This document shows, piece after piece, positions 33,090-51,149 of a stretch of 64,000 bases of DNA (the first letter of the stretch is position 1; every line of letters begins with the position of its first letter). This stretch comes from the human T2T-CHM13v2.0 reference genome, Homo sapiens. The stretch lies in assembly GCF_009914755.1 (NCBI RefSeq), contig NC_060929.1; one strand, 5' to 3'. The notes under the pieces are model-generated. The model did no database searches. It saw only the letters and a program-made list of their open reading frames with translations, and was not told the origin of the DNA. Both the position numbers and the translations under genes were made by a program.

Positions 33090-33340
33090 GTTAAGTCATG
33101 GTAGTTAAGCGGCAGAGCTCTGAGCTCTGGAGCAGACTGCTTGCGTGCAAATCAGAGCTCTGCTGCTGTGCTTAACTCTCCATGCCTCTTTGCTCATCTG
33201 TAAAAGGGGGTAGAAATTGTGTCTACTGCACACAAACTATTTTAAGGATTAAACTGTATGACTAACAGATTAAATTGTATGTTAAGTGCTTAGAACAATG
33301 CCTGGTACTTGGTAAACATTCAATCAATAAATAAGATACT
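33090..33340 (+). mobile_element. MIR SINE
   Basis: CTTAACTCTCCATGCCTC..TGCTCATCTGTAAAAGGGG core; AAGTGCTTAGAACAATGCCTGGTACTTGGTAAACATTCAAT 3' end. Confidence 0.8.
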
Positions 33341-33660
33341 ATCATGTTTGTGAACTTCAGTGTTCCTAAACTGTACCATGACATTGCAAGCTCATTGTGC
33401 AAAGAGATCAGTCTTACTGAGTTGAATATAGAGGCGGGATTTCTCAGTCTCTGCAGCAAGGTGGCTGGGTTCAAAGAAATGGATTCTGGATCCAATGCTT
33501 ATTCAAACAGCAGCCTTGGTGAGCTGACTAGAAAAACAATCCCCTTAGTCATCAATTAATTTTTCTATCTACAAAGCAAGATGACAAAGGGCAGCAATGT
33601 GGAGGAAGGTATCTCTTATCTCTGTTCCAAACGAGAGCTTTCCTAAAATTTGATGGACAG

Positions 33661-34562
33661 TGTGATGGGTAATATTATGTATCACTTTGGCTAGGCTATG
33701 GTGTCCAGTAGTTTGGTCAAACACGAGTCTGGTTGTTGCTGTGAAGTTAATTTGTAGATGTGATTAACATTTAAATCAGTTGACTTTAAATAAAGGAGAT
33801 TTTTACCCTTGATAACGTAGGTGACCCTCATCCAATCAGTTGGCCTCAAGAGCGAAGCCTGAGGCTTCACTGAGAATAAGGAATTCTGCTTCAAGACTGT
33901 AATATAGAAATCCTGCCTGAGTTTTCAGCCTGCCAACCTGCCCTACAGATTTCAGACTTGCCAAGTTCCATAGTTGCATAAGCCAGTTCCTTAAAATAAA
34001 TCTCTATCTATGTTAGTCTGCTAGGGCTACCATACAAAGTACCACAAACTGGGTGGCTTAAACAACAGAATTTTATTCTTTCACAGTTCTGGAGGCCAGA
34101 AGCCAAGATCAAGGTGCTGGCAGGGCTGGTGTCTGTTGAGGCCTTTCTTCTTGACTTGCAGATACTTGCTTCTCGCTGTGTCCTCACATGGCCTTTCTTC
34201 TGTGTACCTGCAGAGCAAGAGATCTCTTGGTGCCTCTTCCTCTTCTTACAAGGACCGCAGTCCTGTTGGGTTAGAGCCCCACCCTTAGGATTTCATTTAC
34301 TCTTAATCACGCCCCTCAGGGCCCTATCTCCAAATACAAACACACTGGGGTTAGGGCTTCAACCTATGAATTTGGGGAGGACACAGTCCAGGGCGGAACT
34401 CTATCCATCTGTCTGTCTGTCTGTCTGTGTCTATCTCCCTATCTGTCTGTCTCTGTCTGTCATCTATCTATGTATCTTCTGTCTGTCTGTCTTTCTATAC
34501 ATGTATCTATCTATCCATCCATCCTATTTGTTCTGTTTCTCTGAAGGCCCTTAATTGACACA
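33661..34562 (+). mobile_element. MLT2 (ERVL) LTR with nested antisense MLT1A LTR (~34010-34395) and (TCTG/TCTA)n
   Basis: TGTGATGGGTAATATTATGTATCACTTTGGCTAGGCTATGGTG...AGCCAGTTCCTTAAAATAAATCT...CCTATTTGTTCTGTTTCTCTG. Confidence 0.78.
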
Positions 34563-34658
34563 GCAGAATGAAATATGACACTTCATCATATACAGTCATT
34601 CAGCTGACTCCAGTGCTGGCCTTTATAATCCATCCAACCTATTGGTTGTTTAATGTAA

Positions 34659-34990
<332 letters not shown>

Positions 34991-35038
34991 TAGATTTTCT
35001 AAAAATAAAAGCTTAACTCCTCCCCTGAAACTACTTGA

Positions 35039-35463
<425 letters not shown>

Positions 35464-36104
35464 TAGCTGGGTCTACAGGCACACCCACCACGCCCAGCTA
35501 ATTTTTGTATTTTTAGTAGAGATAGGGTTTCGCCATGTTGGCCAGGCTGGTCTCGAACTCCTGACCTCAGGTGATCCACCCACCTCAGCCTCCCAGAGTG
35601 CTGGGATTACAGGTATGAACCACCGTGCCCGGCTCTTGAGTAAATTCTTGAAATAAAAAGTAAAGTATCATAAACTACTGTTTAATATTTCTGCTGACAA
35701 AGTAGCTTTGAAATCAACAGCGTTACAGGTTTTTGTTTATTTGTTGTTTGTGAGACAGGGTCTTGCTCTGTTGTACAGGCGGGAGTGCAGTGGTGTGAGC
35801 ATGGCTCACTGCATCCTTGAGCTCCTGGGCTCAATGTGCCTGTGCCGGGCCTTGCATTACTGTTGTTGTTGTTGTTCCTAATTGCCAGGCCTGTGAATAT
35901 TGCATTACAGTTCTATGAATTAAAATGAAGAGGCCAGGCGCAGTGGCTCAGGCCTGTAATCCTAGCACTTTGGGAGGCTGAGGCAGGTGGATTGCCTGAG
36001 CTTAGGAGTTCAAAACCAGCCTGGGCAACATGGTGAAACTCCATCTCTACTAAAAATACAAAAAATTAGCTGGGTGTGGTGGCACGCACCTGTAATCCCA
36101 CCTA

Positions 36105-36272
<168 letters not shown>

Positions 36273-36370
36273 TTATAGCAGCTCTATTTGTAATTGCCCC
36301 TAACTGGAAACAACTCAGACATCTCTCAGTGAACGAATGGATAAACAAATCTTAGTAACCCATATAATGA

Positions 36371-36652
<282 letters not shown>

Positions 36653-38004
36653 TGATCCACCTGCCTCGGCCTCCCAAAGTGCTGGGATTACAGGCATGAG
36701 CCACCGCGCCTGGCCTACTCAGATATTTTTTTAAAAGTATTCATACATCTTAAAACATGAATGAATAAGTGAAAGAGGTCAGTCTCAAAAGGTTACCACC
36801 TACCTGACTCCATTGATACGTCACTCTGAAAGGTGACCCTGCAGGAAGGGAAACCTGGTGATTGTGAATGGCTGAGGTCGGGGGTGGGTTTGACAGCAAA
36901 AACGTACTTGAGGGGGTTTTCTGAGGGAAGGAAATTGCTCTGTGTCCTGATTTTGGTGGTGGATACATATATCTGTACTATCTATACACCTGTTAAACTC
37001 ACAGAACTGTACACCAAACTTGAAAGTCAATTTTGGCTGGGCACAATGGCTCACACCTGTAATCCAAAACTTTGGAGGCCAAAGCAGGAGGATTGCTTGA
37101 GCCTTGGAGTTTGAGATCAGCCTGGGCAACATAGTGAGACCATTTTATAGTATGCAAATTAAAATAATGTAAAATGCAGAAATAGACAAATATTATATAA
37201 CATAGACAATAATTTCTTTTCTTTTCTTTCCTTTTTTTAATTTTTGAGACAGGGTCTCGCTCTCCTGCCCAGGCTGGAATGCAATGGCACAATCACTGCT
37301 CACTTGCAGCCTCCATCTCCCAGACCTAAGCTCTCCTTCTACCTCAGCCTCCTGAGTAGATGGGACCAGAGGCATGTGCCACTGTGCCCGGCTGATTTTT
37401 GTATTTTTTTGGCGAGACAGGGTCTCCCTATGTTGCCCAGGCTGAGCTGGGGCTCCTGGGCTCAAGCGATCCTTCTGTTTCGGCCTCCCAAAGTGTTGGG
37501 ATTACAGGTGTGAACCCACCACGTTTGACAATAATTTCTTGTTCTTTTTTCTCCAGGTATTTGCTGCTCAGAATTGGCAAATAGAGGAATAAACTCTGTT
37601 ACCAAATTCCTTAATTTCAGGAGAACCCATGAAAGGAGTATCATCCAATCAGGTGGGTTTTTTCCACTAAAACAACAGAGAAGTTCTTCCTGAAATCATA
37701 ACCTGGGGGCATAAGTTTTAATTCAAATTCTTGCAAGTGATGTCATGATGTCAGGGTGAGACCACAGAGTACAGGGAAACCGCATCCTTTTGGAAACAGC
37801 AATGTCTACTAGTGCAGAGAGAGCTGCTTTGAAGAAAGGGCAGAAAGGGAGAGCACGATTTCACTAATGCAAACGGCAGTGAAGTGCAAAGGAGGGCAGC
37901 CTCCGGCTCCTTCCAGTTGGGAGCGAGCAAAGCACTGGAAAGGGCAAAATGAGGCACAATCACCATCATCAAACCCCTTTATCAAGTTCTTTTTTTTTTT
38001 TTAA

Positions 38005-38163
<159 letters not shown>

Positions 38164-38506
38164 TAGTAGAGATGGGTTTTCACCATGTTGGTCAGGCTGG
38201 CCTCAAACTCCTGACTTCTGGCATGAGCCACTGTGCCCAGCATCAAGTTCTTTTTCTTTTCTCCCTGACTAGCTCTTAGTCTCAATGATCAAACTCCTCA
38301 GGCATGTTAAGTGGGTAAAGAGTATTTTATTTTGGCATTTGAATCTAAAATCATAGGCTTTCTTGAACAACCTTGCTTTCTTATTTCAAAGGTGAAACCC
38401 TACTCTACTGTTCCGGAAAGTTTGGAAATGTCTCATTTCTTTTTAGAGATGAGGTCTATTTTTATAGGAAAATGAATCCATCCTGTCACCTTTTAGGATA
38501 CTATTT

Positions 38507-38940
38507 GCATTAATTATGTACTGCTGCAGAACAAATGTCCCTAAAACTTAGTAGCTTAAAACAACAATGTATTGTTCCTCACGATTCTGCTGGTCTCATC
38601 TGGGCTCACTGAGACTGGAGGGTCTAGATGACTTCATTCCTATGTCTGGGGCCTTGGTACAGCTGCCGGCTGGACTTTTCATCCGTGGACCCTGGGTGTT
38701 CCAAGTGATTAAAAATGGAATTTACAATACTTCTTAAGGCCTATTCTCAGAGGCTTCACAATGTCACTTCTGCTGCATTTTATTGGTTACAACAAGTCTC
38801 AAGGCCAGCTCAGAGTCAAGGGATAGAGAAATAGGTCCCACCTCTTGATTTCGGGAGAAGCAGCAAAGTCACATTGCAAAGGAGTGAGGACACAGGGACA
38901 CTATTCACTAGGGGCCATGGCTGTAACAGTCTACCATACA
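38507..38940 (-). mobile_element. Old MLT1 (MLT1H/I/J-like) LTR
   Basis: CCCTAAAACTTAGTAGCTTAAAACAACAAT...GTCACTTCTGCTGCATTTTATTGGTT...CAGTCTACCATA. Confidence 0.65.
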
Positions 38941-41319
38941 ATTGTTAGTGATGTTTAAAGTGGATATAAACATTGATTAAATTGCTCTTGGCTCTGAACC
39001 ATTAGTAAACTGGATGAAATTCGGCTAAAGATGAATTTTGGATTGGAAGCCCACATTCAGCTCAGCTTTAATGTAGTTAACCCTTATTTCAAAACTATGA
39101 GAAATTACTTATAGATGAGTCAGAGAACCTTGACCCCCTGTTTTTTTATGGGGATTTTAACTATCAACTTAGAGAAAAGTAATGTGGGATCCATTAGCTA
39201 TTTTAAATGCACTATTATTCTCTAATTGTAGGTCAACTCTCTTTGGTTTCCTAATGTCTAAACATTTCACAATTTATGGAATTATGAAAGGATCCAGCTC
39301 CCCAGAGGATGTGAGCACATCTGAACACAATTATGCACTGCAGCCAGACAACTGTTAGCTTTCTGGGGCAAAAGACACAGAGAAAGACCAGGATAATCCT
39401 TGTGCGTGCAGCTCAGATTTGGCCCCTGTCGCCACACGCTGCCAAGCCTGTCACATTCTGGCAATAAGGAGCAATGCTTGGATGGGGACCAGGACCATGC
39501 TGACATCTGACCACCTCTGCAGTCTGGGCGAATTCCAAGAAATCCCTCAGAAGAAAGTGCCATGCAGAAATATCCTGGCGGGGGAACTGCCCACACAGCT
39601 GTGCCAGTTATTCACCCTCGCCAGATTCTTCATGCTCTTTCCCACTTCAAGGCCCTTGCATTAGCTGTTCTCCCTGACCATGCACTTGACTCTCAAGAAC
39701 ATTTAGGTAAGTCATGTCCTTACCTAAGCTTAGGGGCTTAAGCGAGGGACTTGGTGTCCTGGAAGTACTCCCTAGCTCGCCACTCTATGTAGCACCCAGT
39801 CCAGATCTTCAGCCTCCATCCATCCTTTGAGAATGTTTTATCCTCTGATCCCTTGAGATATGGGCCCTTTCTGTGACCCACCAGCCTGTGCCAGAGCCCA
39901 GGGCCTTAATTCTGGAGGAGACATGATGCTACCCTGGGAACAGGTCCTTCCGGGACACGAGGCAGCTGGAGAGCTCTGGGTGTGACAGAGGAATACGGAA
40001 ACAGGGAGAAGAAACAAAGAAACAGAGAAATGAGGAAACGAGGAAGGAAAAGGGTGGCTCCTGGAGACAAATGTTTCCTTCTCCACACTTCTGCTGATGC
40101 TGAGGTGGCCTTTAAAGTGCCAGCAAGGAGGAGCCGGGAGGGGTTTGCACATGTGTTGCTGGGCATGGATGGGGTGGTGTGTGTGCCAGGATGGGAGCCT
40201 TCCTGGGCAGTCACTACTGGGTGGGGCGCTCCAGTCAAGACATCAAGACAGACAGCTAAGGCTTTCTCCCAAACCAAAAGACTTGCAAACTTCCCTACAA
40301 GTTCTGAGTTTTCTTCTGAAGCTAACTTCTTGGAACTCAATGGCATGAAACCGTCATGCAGTTAAAGCATTTAAGGGCTGTATATGCCCTGGGGGCTGTC
40401 AATGTCATAGACACTGTCATTTCTCTCTCCCTGCACAAAAATAACTAAAATGATGAATCCGGCTGGCTCTCCCCTCTCCCTCGCTATCCTCCACCTTTTA
40501 TGCAGTCCTGCGGACATTCTGATCTGTTTCCTCCTCCCCATCCTCCCCTTCCCTCCCAAGTATACTCTCAGCTCTTCGTGGTCTCTCTCTCCCAACTGCA
40601 GCCTCCCCCAAGACTCCATCTTCAGGCCTCCTTCCCTCACCATCTCCAAGGCTGCGGCTCCAGGACACAAGCTGACCACCCTGCCCAACCCGAAGTCCTC
40701 GACTGATGCTCAGCGCTTATAGGTTCAAGTCCAGGCTCCCTAGCATAGCACTGAAGTCATGGCTCAGTTTACCCTTCCAAGCCTGTCTCCCCCAAGTCCT
40801 GCCCTCCTCCTCTCATCACTGCCAAGTACATCAAGCACTCCCACGTGGCTGGGCTTTAACCCAAGCTGCTCTCTCTTCCCAGAAGGCTCTTCTCTGACTT
40901 GCTGCCAAAACACAAAGTCGCTTGGAGGTGAAGGCAAATATTAGTTCAGCTGGCAAGCTCCTCTCCACGTCCTCATCAAAGCCCCCAGCTCCATGAGCTT
41001 CTGGGCTGTTCCTGTGGATTTCTGCACTCTCTGTGTTGAAACATCTGTAATGGGTTATAGCTGGGAGTTGGAATGTCTGCCTCCCTTTTCGCTGAGAAGA
41101 AGGGGGTCTTTACAGGATCGAACGCTCCCTGGGTTCTGTCTCCTTCCTTTCAATATAGTGAGCAGTTCCTCCCACCTAGTGGGTTCTCCTTAGATGTCTG
41201 GGAGGTCATCTATCCAGTGCTGGCTGTTGCAGATCTGTGCAGTTGCTTTTTGAACAGGACCCACATCCGTCTTCCAAAATATCTAAAATTAGGTCTTTGA
41301 CAGTTCCTGAAAATGTTAG

Positions 41320-41835
41320 TTATCATATAATCCAGCAACTCCACTCCAAGGTATATAGCCAAAAGAATTGAAATCATATTCCACACAAAAATGTATACCT
41401 GAATGCTCATAGCAGCATTATTCACAATAGCCAAGAAATGGAAACCACCCAAATGTCCATCAACCCACAAAGGCATAAGTGAACTGTGATATACCCATAC
41501 GACAGAATACCGTTTGGCTATAAAAGGAGGGACCGATTCGTGCTACAATGCGGATGGGCCTTGAAAACATGCTAAGTGCAAGACGCCAGTTACAAAAGAT
41601 CACATATTATGTGATTTCATTCATGTGAAATGTCCAGAAATAGTCAAATTTATAGAGAAAGAAAGCAGATTAGTGGTCGCCAGGAGCTGGGGCAAAGGAG
41701 GGCGTGAGCGTGATTGTGAATAGGTATGGCTTTTTAGAGAGGAAAGGGGGTTGTGGTCATGGTCGCACAGCATGTGACTCATGGAGTTTGTGCCCTTGAG
41801 AGGAGGGACTGCTGTGGCATGTGAGTTACATATAA
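41320..41835 (+). mobile_element. L1MB/L1MC-type 3' end fragment
   Basis: CCAGCAACTCCACTCCAAGGTATATAGCCAAAAGAATTGAAA...GCAGCATTATTCACAATAGCCAAGAAATGGAAACCACCCAAATGTCCATCAAC. Similar old L1 3' fragments occur at ~8440-9290, 36260-37030, 44820-47240 and 52780-53750. Confidence 0.8.
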
Positions 41836-41917
41836 TTAGGCCTTCAGTGCTGCCAGCATTCTCATCCTTGGAGGGCCAGGTATCTTTTCTGTTGTTTTGT
41901 TTTGTTTTGTTTTATGA

Positions 41918-43275
<1,358 letters not shown>

Positions 43276-43365
43276 TCCTTCTAGGCCTTCTCCCTCATGA
43301 CTGGTTTTGTTTTTAGATTACAAAAATAACTTATATTATTTAATTAAAAATACATAAAATATATT

Positions 43366-44190
<825 letters not shown>

Positions 44191-46541
44191 TGAACACAAA
44201 CATTTAAAACATAAAGAAGTCACCTGTAATCCACTTCCCAGAATGAACTCATTCAGCAGCCTGAGGAGCAGGGCTGACTGATGAAAACACTTGAAAGGAG
44301 GAAGTGCCGTCTTGCTAAGGCTGGTGTGTTCAGAAGAGGACACCGTGAATGATTCTCCTGACTAAGATGGTCCACTAAAAGGAACCAGGGCTCCGTGGAG
44401 AAATGGCGACTTCTGGGATTAAGGCTGGAGAGGAATAAGATGAACCCAGAATATATTATTCTGGCAGACAGTGAGGAAGTACCCAGAGAATGGTAGGAAC
44501 TCATCCAAAGGACAAAAGCTTGAAGGGGCTCTCATTGGGCAAATCTGGAATCTTTTGAGTAACAATCATGTTAGTATTGAATTGTAACTCTTTTTTTTTT
44601 CTTTTTGTAGCTGGGATTACAGATGCCTGCCACTATGCCTGGCTGATTTTTGTATTTTTAATAGAGATGGGGTTTTGCCATGTCGGCCAGGCTGGTCTTG
44701 AACTCCTGGTCTCAAGTGATTGGCTCACCTCGGCTTCCCAAAGTGCTGAGATTACCGGTGTGAGCTACCACACCCGGCCTATAACTCTTCTTACTTTATT
44801 ATAAGCACAGTCTAAGAATCCACTAGTACCTACAGGTACAGTAATATAAATGAAAAAGTAAAGAGGGAGAAGAAAACTCTTTCTTATCAACTAATAAACG
44901 CAGAAAGATAATGGAATAAGAAAATACCGCTTGGAACCACCATAGTAATGATTATGTCAGGGAGAATCATCAGTGAATGCTAAATTGTGAGAAAAGTTTG
45001 AGAAACAGGATTTGTATATGGTCTCAAACTATCGCTGCACGAGGGAGATTCCCAGTAATGACCGAGGGGAAAACAGTCACTTTACTGTGGGGAAACCTGA
45101 CAAACCTTATTCAAGCGATCAAAGTTAACATCACCAGCAATGGGACAAATAGGCAACACGTGCCTCTGGTGTGCTGCAGCAGGCCTCCATGATGCAATAG
45201 CCCTTCATGGTGCTCGTGCTGGCCGTGCAGAACCTGCATTCAATTGTGAGGAAATACCAACACATCAAACAGAGGGACATTTTCTAAAACACTGGCTTCT
45301 GCCCTACAAAAATGTCAATGTCATTTTTGACAAAGACTGAGGAACTGTTTCTTACTGAAGAGGACTAAAGAGGCCTGACAACTAAGTGCAGTGTGGATTC
45401 TGAATAGTGGGCCAGATGAAAAATGTTTGTTTGTTTGTTGGTTTGTTTTAATTATAAAGGAAGTGAATCATACTAAGGCATAGATGAACCTTGAGGACAC
45501 TGTGTGCGATGAAATAATCCAGACACGCCAGGCGCGGTGGCTCGTGCCTGTAATCACAGACAGCACTTTCGGAGGCTGAGGCAGGCAGATTGCTTGAGCT
45601 CAGGAGTTCCAGACCAGTTTGGGAAACATGGTGAAATCCCACCTATGCAAAAATTAGCTGGGCATGGTGTCCCAAGCTTGCAGTCCCAGCTACTTAGGGG
45701 AGGTGGAGGCCGCAGTGAGCTGTGATCAGGCCTCTGCACTCCAGCCTGGGTGACAAAGAGAGACCCTTTCTCAAAAAAAAAAAAAAAGTCCAGGCACGGT
45801 GGCTCATGCTTGTAATCCCAGCACTTTGATAGGCCGAGGCGGGTGGATCGCCTGAGGTCAGGAGTTCTAGACCAGCCTGGCCAACATGGTGAAACCCCGT
45901 CTCTACTAAAAATATAAAAATTAGCCGGGATTGGTGGTGGGCACCTGTAATCTCAGCTACTTGGGAGGCTGAGGCATGAGAATCACTTGAACCCAGGAGA
46001 CGGACGTTGCAGTGAGCCAAGATCACACCACTGCACTCCAGCCTGGGCGACAAAGTGAGACTCTGTCTCAAAAAGAAAAACAAAACAAAACAAAAAGTAG
46101 AAAAAAAGAGAAATAATCCAGTCACAAAATGACAAATTATCGTGTCATTCCACTTATATGAAGTACCAAGAATAGTCAAATTTATAGAGACAAAAAGTAG
46201 ATGGAGGGTTACCAGGAGCTTGGAGGAGGGGAAATGGGGACTTCGTGTTTAATGTGTTCAGAGTTTCCGTTTGGGGTAACGGGAGATGGATAATTGTGAT
46301 GGCTGCATAGCACTGTGAATGTAATCAATGCCATAAGTTGTACTTTTAATGGTTAAAGTGGTAAATCTTACACATATTTTACTATAATAAAAATAATTTC
46401 TGAAAAAAAGTCTTCAACTTTCAAATAAATGGGTAGACAATTGACAACATTTACATAAGGTCTGTAGATTATATAATAATGGTATGTCAAGATTAATTTC
46501 CTCATCCTGATAAATGTACTGTGGTTATGTAAGAAAATGTC

Positions 46542-47048
<507 letters not shown>

Positions 47049-47536
47049 TCATGTCTACAATCCCCTAAATGGTTAGAAAAAGTAATATATACAAGTTATA
47101 CCTGTATGGGCAGAGAGAAAGAGAAGGGTAAAGCAAATGTGGCAAAATGTTAACATTTGGGGAATGTGGGAAATGTATATGGGAATTTGTACTATTATTC
47201 CAACTTTTCTATAAGCTTAAAAGTAAGCAGTTTAAAAAATTAGAAGAGGATCAACCAACTGGAATGGGGCATGCTCTAGAGGAAACAATTCTAAGGCCTT
47301 AACATCGAGATGCAGTGAGCTGTGTGGGCAGCCAGGGCTCTGGGATGTCCTAATGAGGCAGGCTCAGGAACAAAGGATGCAGCGTCCCAGCCACACTGAC
47401 TGGTGGGGCAGAGAGAGGTGAGGAACGTTGGATCAGATGCCCCATCCACTTACAGAGATGGGCCAGGATCCAAGGAGGCATGGTGAGCTGGGTTTGGTTC
47501 AGATGGGCATCCATCCAAGGAGTTTCAACGGGAAGG

Positions 47537-47990
47537 TGTGATGGTTAATACTGAGTGTCAACTTGATTGGATTGAAGGATGCAATATTGATCCTGGGTGT
47601 GTCTGTGAAGGTGTTGCCCAAGGAGATTAACATTTGAGTCAGTGAACTGGGAAAGGTAGACCCACCTTTAATGGGGTAGGCAACATCTAATCAGCCGCCA
47701 GCGAATATAAAGCAGGCAGAAAAACGTGAAGAGGTGAGACCGGCCTAGCCTCCCAGCCTACATCTTTCTCCCCTGCTGGACACTTCCTGCCCTCAAACAT
47801 CAGACTCCAAGTTCTTCAGTTTTGGGACTCGGACTGACTCTCCTTGTTCCTCAGCTTGCAGACAGCCTACTGTGGGACCTTGTGATCGTGTAAGTTATTA
47901 CTTAATAAACTCCCCTTTACATATATATAAAAAATATATATATGTATTTCCTATTAGTTCTGTCCCTCTAAGAGAACTCTGACCAGTACA
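47537..47990 (+). mobile_element. MLT2A1 (HERV-L) solo LTR
   Basis: TGTGATGGTTAATACTGAGTGTCAACTTGATTGGATTGAAGGATGC...AGCGAATATAAAGCAGGCAGAAAAACGTGAA...GGGACCTTGTGATCGTGTAAGTTA...CCTATTAGTTCTGTCCCTCTA. Confidence 0.88.
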
Positions 47991-49037
47991 GAAGGTGAGG
48001 TGGAAAAGCCAGGAGACCAGTCCTGTTGCTGGGGGTGGAGGAAAGCATGCTCAGCAGCACCACCCCCATCCTCCGACTGCACACCCAACACGGGAGCATC
48101 TCATCAACACAGTGATGAGTGAAGTAAGCTGGACACAAAAGGTCCTTACCATAGGATTCTATTCATGTGAAGCTCACATACAGGCAAACCAAACAGATGG
48201 TGATGAAGGTCATATCCATGTCCACAGGGGAGTGGATATTAGCTGGGAAGGGCAGGAGGGAAGTTGGTGGGTCCTGGAAATGTTCTATATCTTGATCTGG
48301 ATGTTGGTTTCAGTTTATTAAGATGAGCACTTACGCTTTGTGCATATTTTTCTGTATGTGTAAATCCTCCATTTAAAAAGGTTCGGATCGCCCCACCCCC
48401 ACCTTGGCACAGAGCACTGAAATCACGGTCATCTAAGTGAGGCATTCACGGAGATTCAATGGAGACACGATTTACGCTGTTGGTTATTTCATTGCTAAGC
48501 AACGCAGTCTAAGCTGCACAACTAAGTGACACCATTAACAGCCAGCATGGTGGGGAGGGGTGGGTGTGCTAAGACAAGGATCCCAGCGTGATGGCCATGG
48601 ATGATTCCTGCTCCCAGCCCCCATTTTGCTGTTGGAGGTGGGGGCTGGGGGTTGGGGGGGCAGCGAGCAGCACAGACCAAACAGAAGGCCTGGCCCCTCC
48701 TGGCGTGGGCTGGCTGCAGTGAGCCCTTCCTATGTCTGCCTGCTGCATCCATCGCTATGGCAACCACTTCCCCAGCACCGGGGCTAAAATCAGGTTCTGT
48801 GGGTGTCTCGGCAGTGATTGGAGATCTCCCCTGCCATAGAATTGAGTGGCCTGATGAGGAGACAAAGAAGTCACTGCAGGGAAAGGCCGATACTCGCTAA
48901 GCAGGGCCATTCCTGCCAAAGTTGCACAGATTTGAGGCTGGCGCACAGGCCTCAGAGAGAGTGGTGAAGGCTGTCTGAAGGCAGGGGTGGGCAGGATGCC
49001 AAAAGAAAGACCTAAGGACTGGTTAAAACGAAAACGA

Positions 49038-49478
49038 TGTGGAGATAAACAAAGACCACCCAATGAGAACAAGCAAAGGCTATTCAGGGCTTGCTGTAGA
49101 AAAGGAGGCGGCTGCCATTCCTAGTGCTTGGCAGAGACTTGAAGGCAGGCAGAGGAGTGGAAAGCTTCATAGTGGAGGAGGAGAGGCTCCAGGTGTGCCC
49201 TGAGTGAAGGCTGCTGGCCTGGGGAAGCCTCAGGTGGCTCACCAGAAGCGAGGCATCCAATGCGACTGGTTAGGGGAGCATGTTGGGCTTTCTCTGGTCC
49301 TAAGTTGGAAGCAGCAGGAAAAAGTAGGGAAGCCAGTGGTTATTGATGATGTCCTGACTGTTCTGGGCAGATTGCTGTGGACGTTGTGGTTTGGCTTCCT
49401 GGACTGGCTGCTGCAGATTGTGGGTCACACTTCTGCTGTCATCTATGGGCTGGCTGCTGTCTGTATATTCTGTCTCTC
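49038..49478 (-). mobile_element. MER90-like ERV1 LTR
   Basis: Minus strand GAGAGACAGAATATACAGACAGCAGCC...TGACCCACAATCTGCAGCAGCCAGTCCAGGAAGCCAAACCACAAC. Confidence 0.65.
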
Positions 49479-49639
49479 TATGCAGCAGTTGGGCAGGTCA
49501 AGAAAGAGGTCCCTACCATCTATCAATGAGGAGATGGGGCCCTTTGCAGTGTAGGGACACAGCTGTGAGGGCTACCCCAGGAGAAGCAGGACATGAAGCC
49601 TCACAGGAAGGAAGGCATAACAATGCCCTTTTCTGTTTG

Positions 49640-49860
49640 GGGAATACAGACAAGAAGAAAGGTCTATACATGTTTAGTACAGATGAACCAGTCCTTGATC
49701 CACAGTTGGTTGAAGTCGTGGATGCAGAACCCATGAGTACAGAGGCACAACTATATATTTAAAGAGACTTATCTGTTAGAGAGCTACTCATCTGGGCCTT
49801 AGGGAGCTGACCTGATACCCATTGTAACCACACGCAGCACAGGAGTTTGAAACTCTAGGC
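49640..49860 (+). repeat. Dispersed duplicate of MER2 right end plus unique flank (other copy 51652-51768 + 52078-52191)
   Basis: GGAATACAGACAAGAAGAAA.GTCTATACATGTTTAGTACAGATGAACC...TATTTAAAGAGACT.ATC.GTTAGAGAG...TAGGGAGCTGACCT...GCAGCACAGGA...TGAAACTCTAGGC present twice. Confidence 0.85.
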
Positions 49861-51149
49861 AAGGGAGGTAAGTGAGGTTAAATATCTGGCTGAACTCAGA
49901 AATCTCCAAGGAGCCCCACATGCTTTTGTGACACAGGCCCTGGGGCCATTTCTCAACTGCAGCCACTCAGGAGGTGTGAGGCCTGGGCAACTCTGCACCT
50001 GAGTGTTCTCCGCCTCCGCCCTGGCCTCCTTGGTTGGATGGTGCTTGCATTCAGCAAGTGCTCCGTCCATGCTAGATACTGTAATTATTTTCGAGCTTCT
50101 GAATAACCGGTTACAATTTCAATTAAAAATATTTTTAGAATCAATGTCAGTCTCTGTTGGTGCAGCCATGAACTAAATGTCAGAAGCCTGGACTCAGAGT
50201 CGGGGAGGGAAGTGGATGGAAGGGCCAGCAGTAGAAACACAGCACCTGTGGGTACCAGGGGAGGGTACATGTAGTCCTGCCTCGGCTATCCGCCCTCCCC
50301 TGACTGGCCGATTTCCCCTAGAACTCTGTGTTTTGAGTGAGGGAGGCGCAGTTCTCTAAAAGAAAGGAAGATATTATTGCCAGGAGAAGAAGGAAGGAGA
50401 ACTTAACAGACAAACATAACATGCACATGCATTCAACGTTTGTGGTCAAATAGAAGACTTAAGCCTAAGGGATCTAGAAATTCTAGTTAGATCCCGAAGT
50501 TACATCTAAGCAGTCATAATGGTGATCATTATGTGGCTTCTCCAACTGATGTTGTAAAAATGATTCTCTCCCAGTAAAGCTAGGCAGTAGTTCTTAATCT
50601 AACTGTAGCCTTCGCCTTCTTTGAGGACAGAAATCAGGCCTTAGACTTGCCTAATCTGCTTGTTTTGGGGATCTTTCATAGTGTATTATACAGAATAATA
50701 TACTCAAATGATGTTTGATGATAATTGTCTTGTTTCAGTTCAGGCTGCTATTTCAGAATATCATAGACTGAGTGGCCTAAATCCTATAAGAACACTCACT
50801 AATCCCATCATGGGGACCTTGTCTTCACGACCTCATCTAAACCCAATTATCTCCCAAAGGCCTCACCTCCTAGTACCAGCACATTGGGGATTAAGATTTT
50901 AACATATGAATTTTGGGGGGACATAAACATTCAGTCCATAAAACAATAAAGACACACGAGAAGCTAACAAGAGATATTCAGCGTCAGAGCTCAATGGTTT
51001 CCATGAATAATGGAGTGAGATATACCAGATAATTCCTCAAGGTTCTTTGGATTCCATGTGTCTAAGATAAAAACTCTTAGGAAGAGTTTCACTTTGGAGC
51101 AAATATACAATTTCAGGTTAGAAGTCAAAATATCAGATGAAAATGTATG

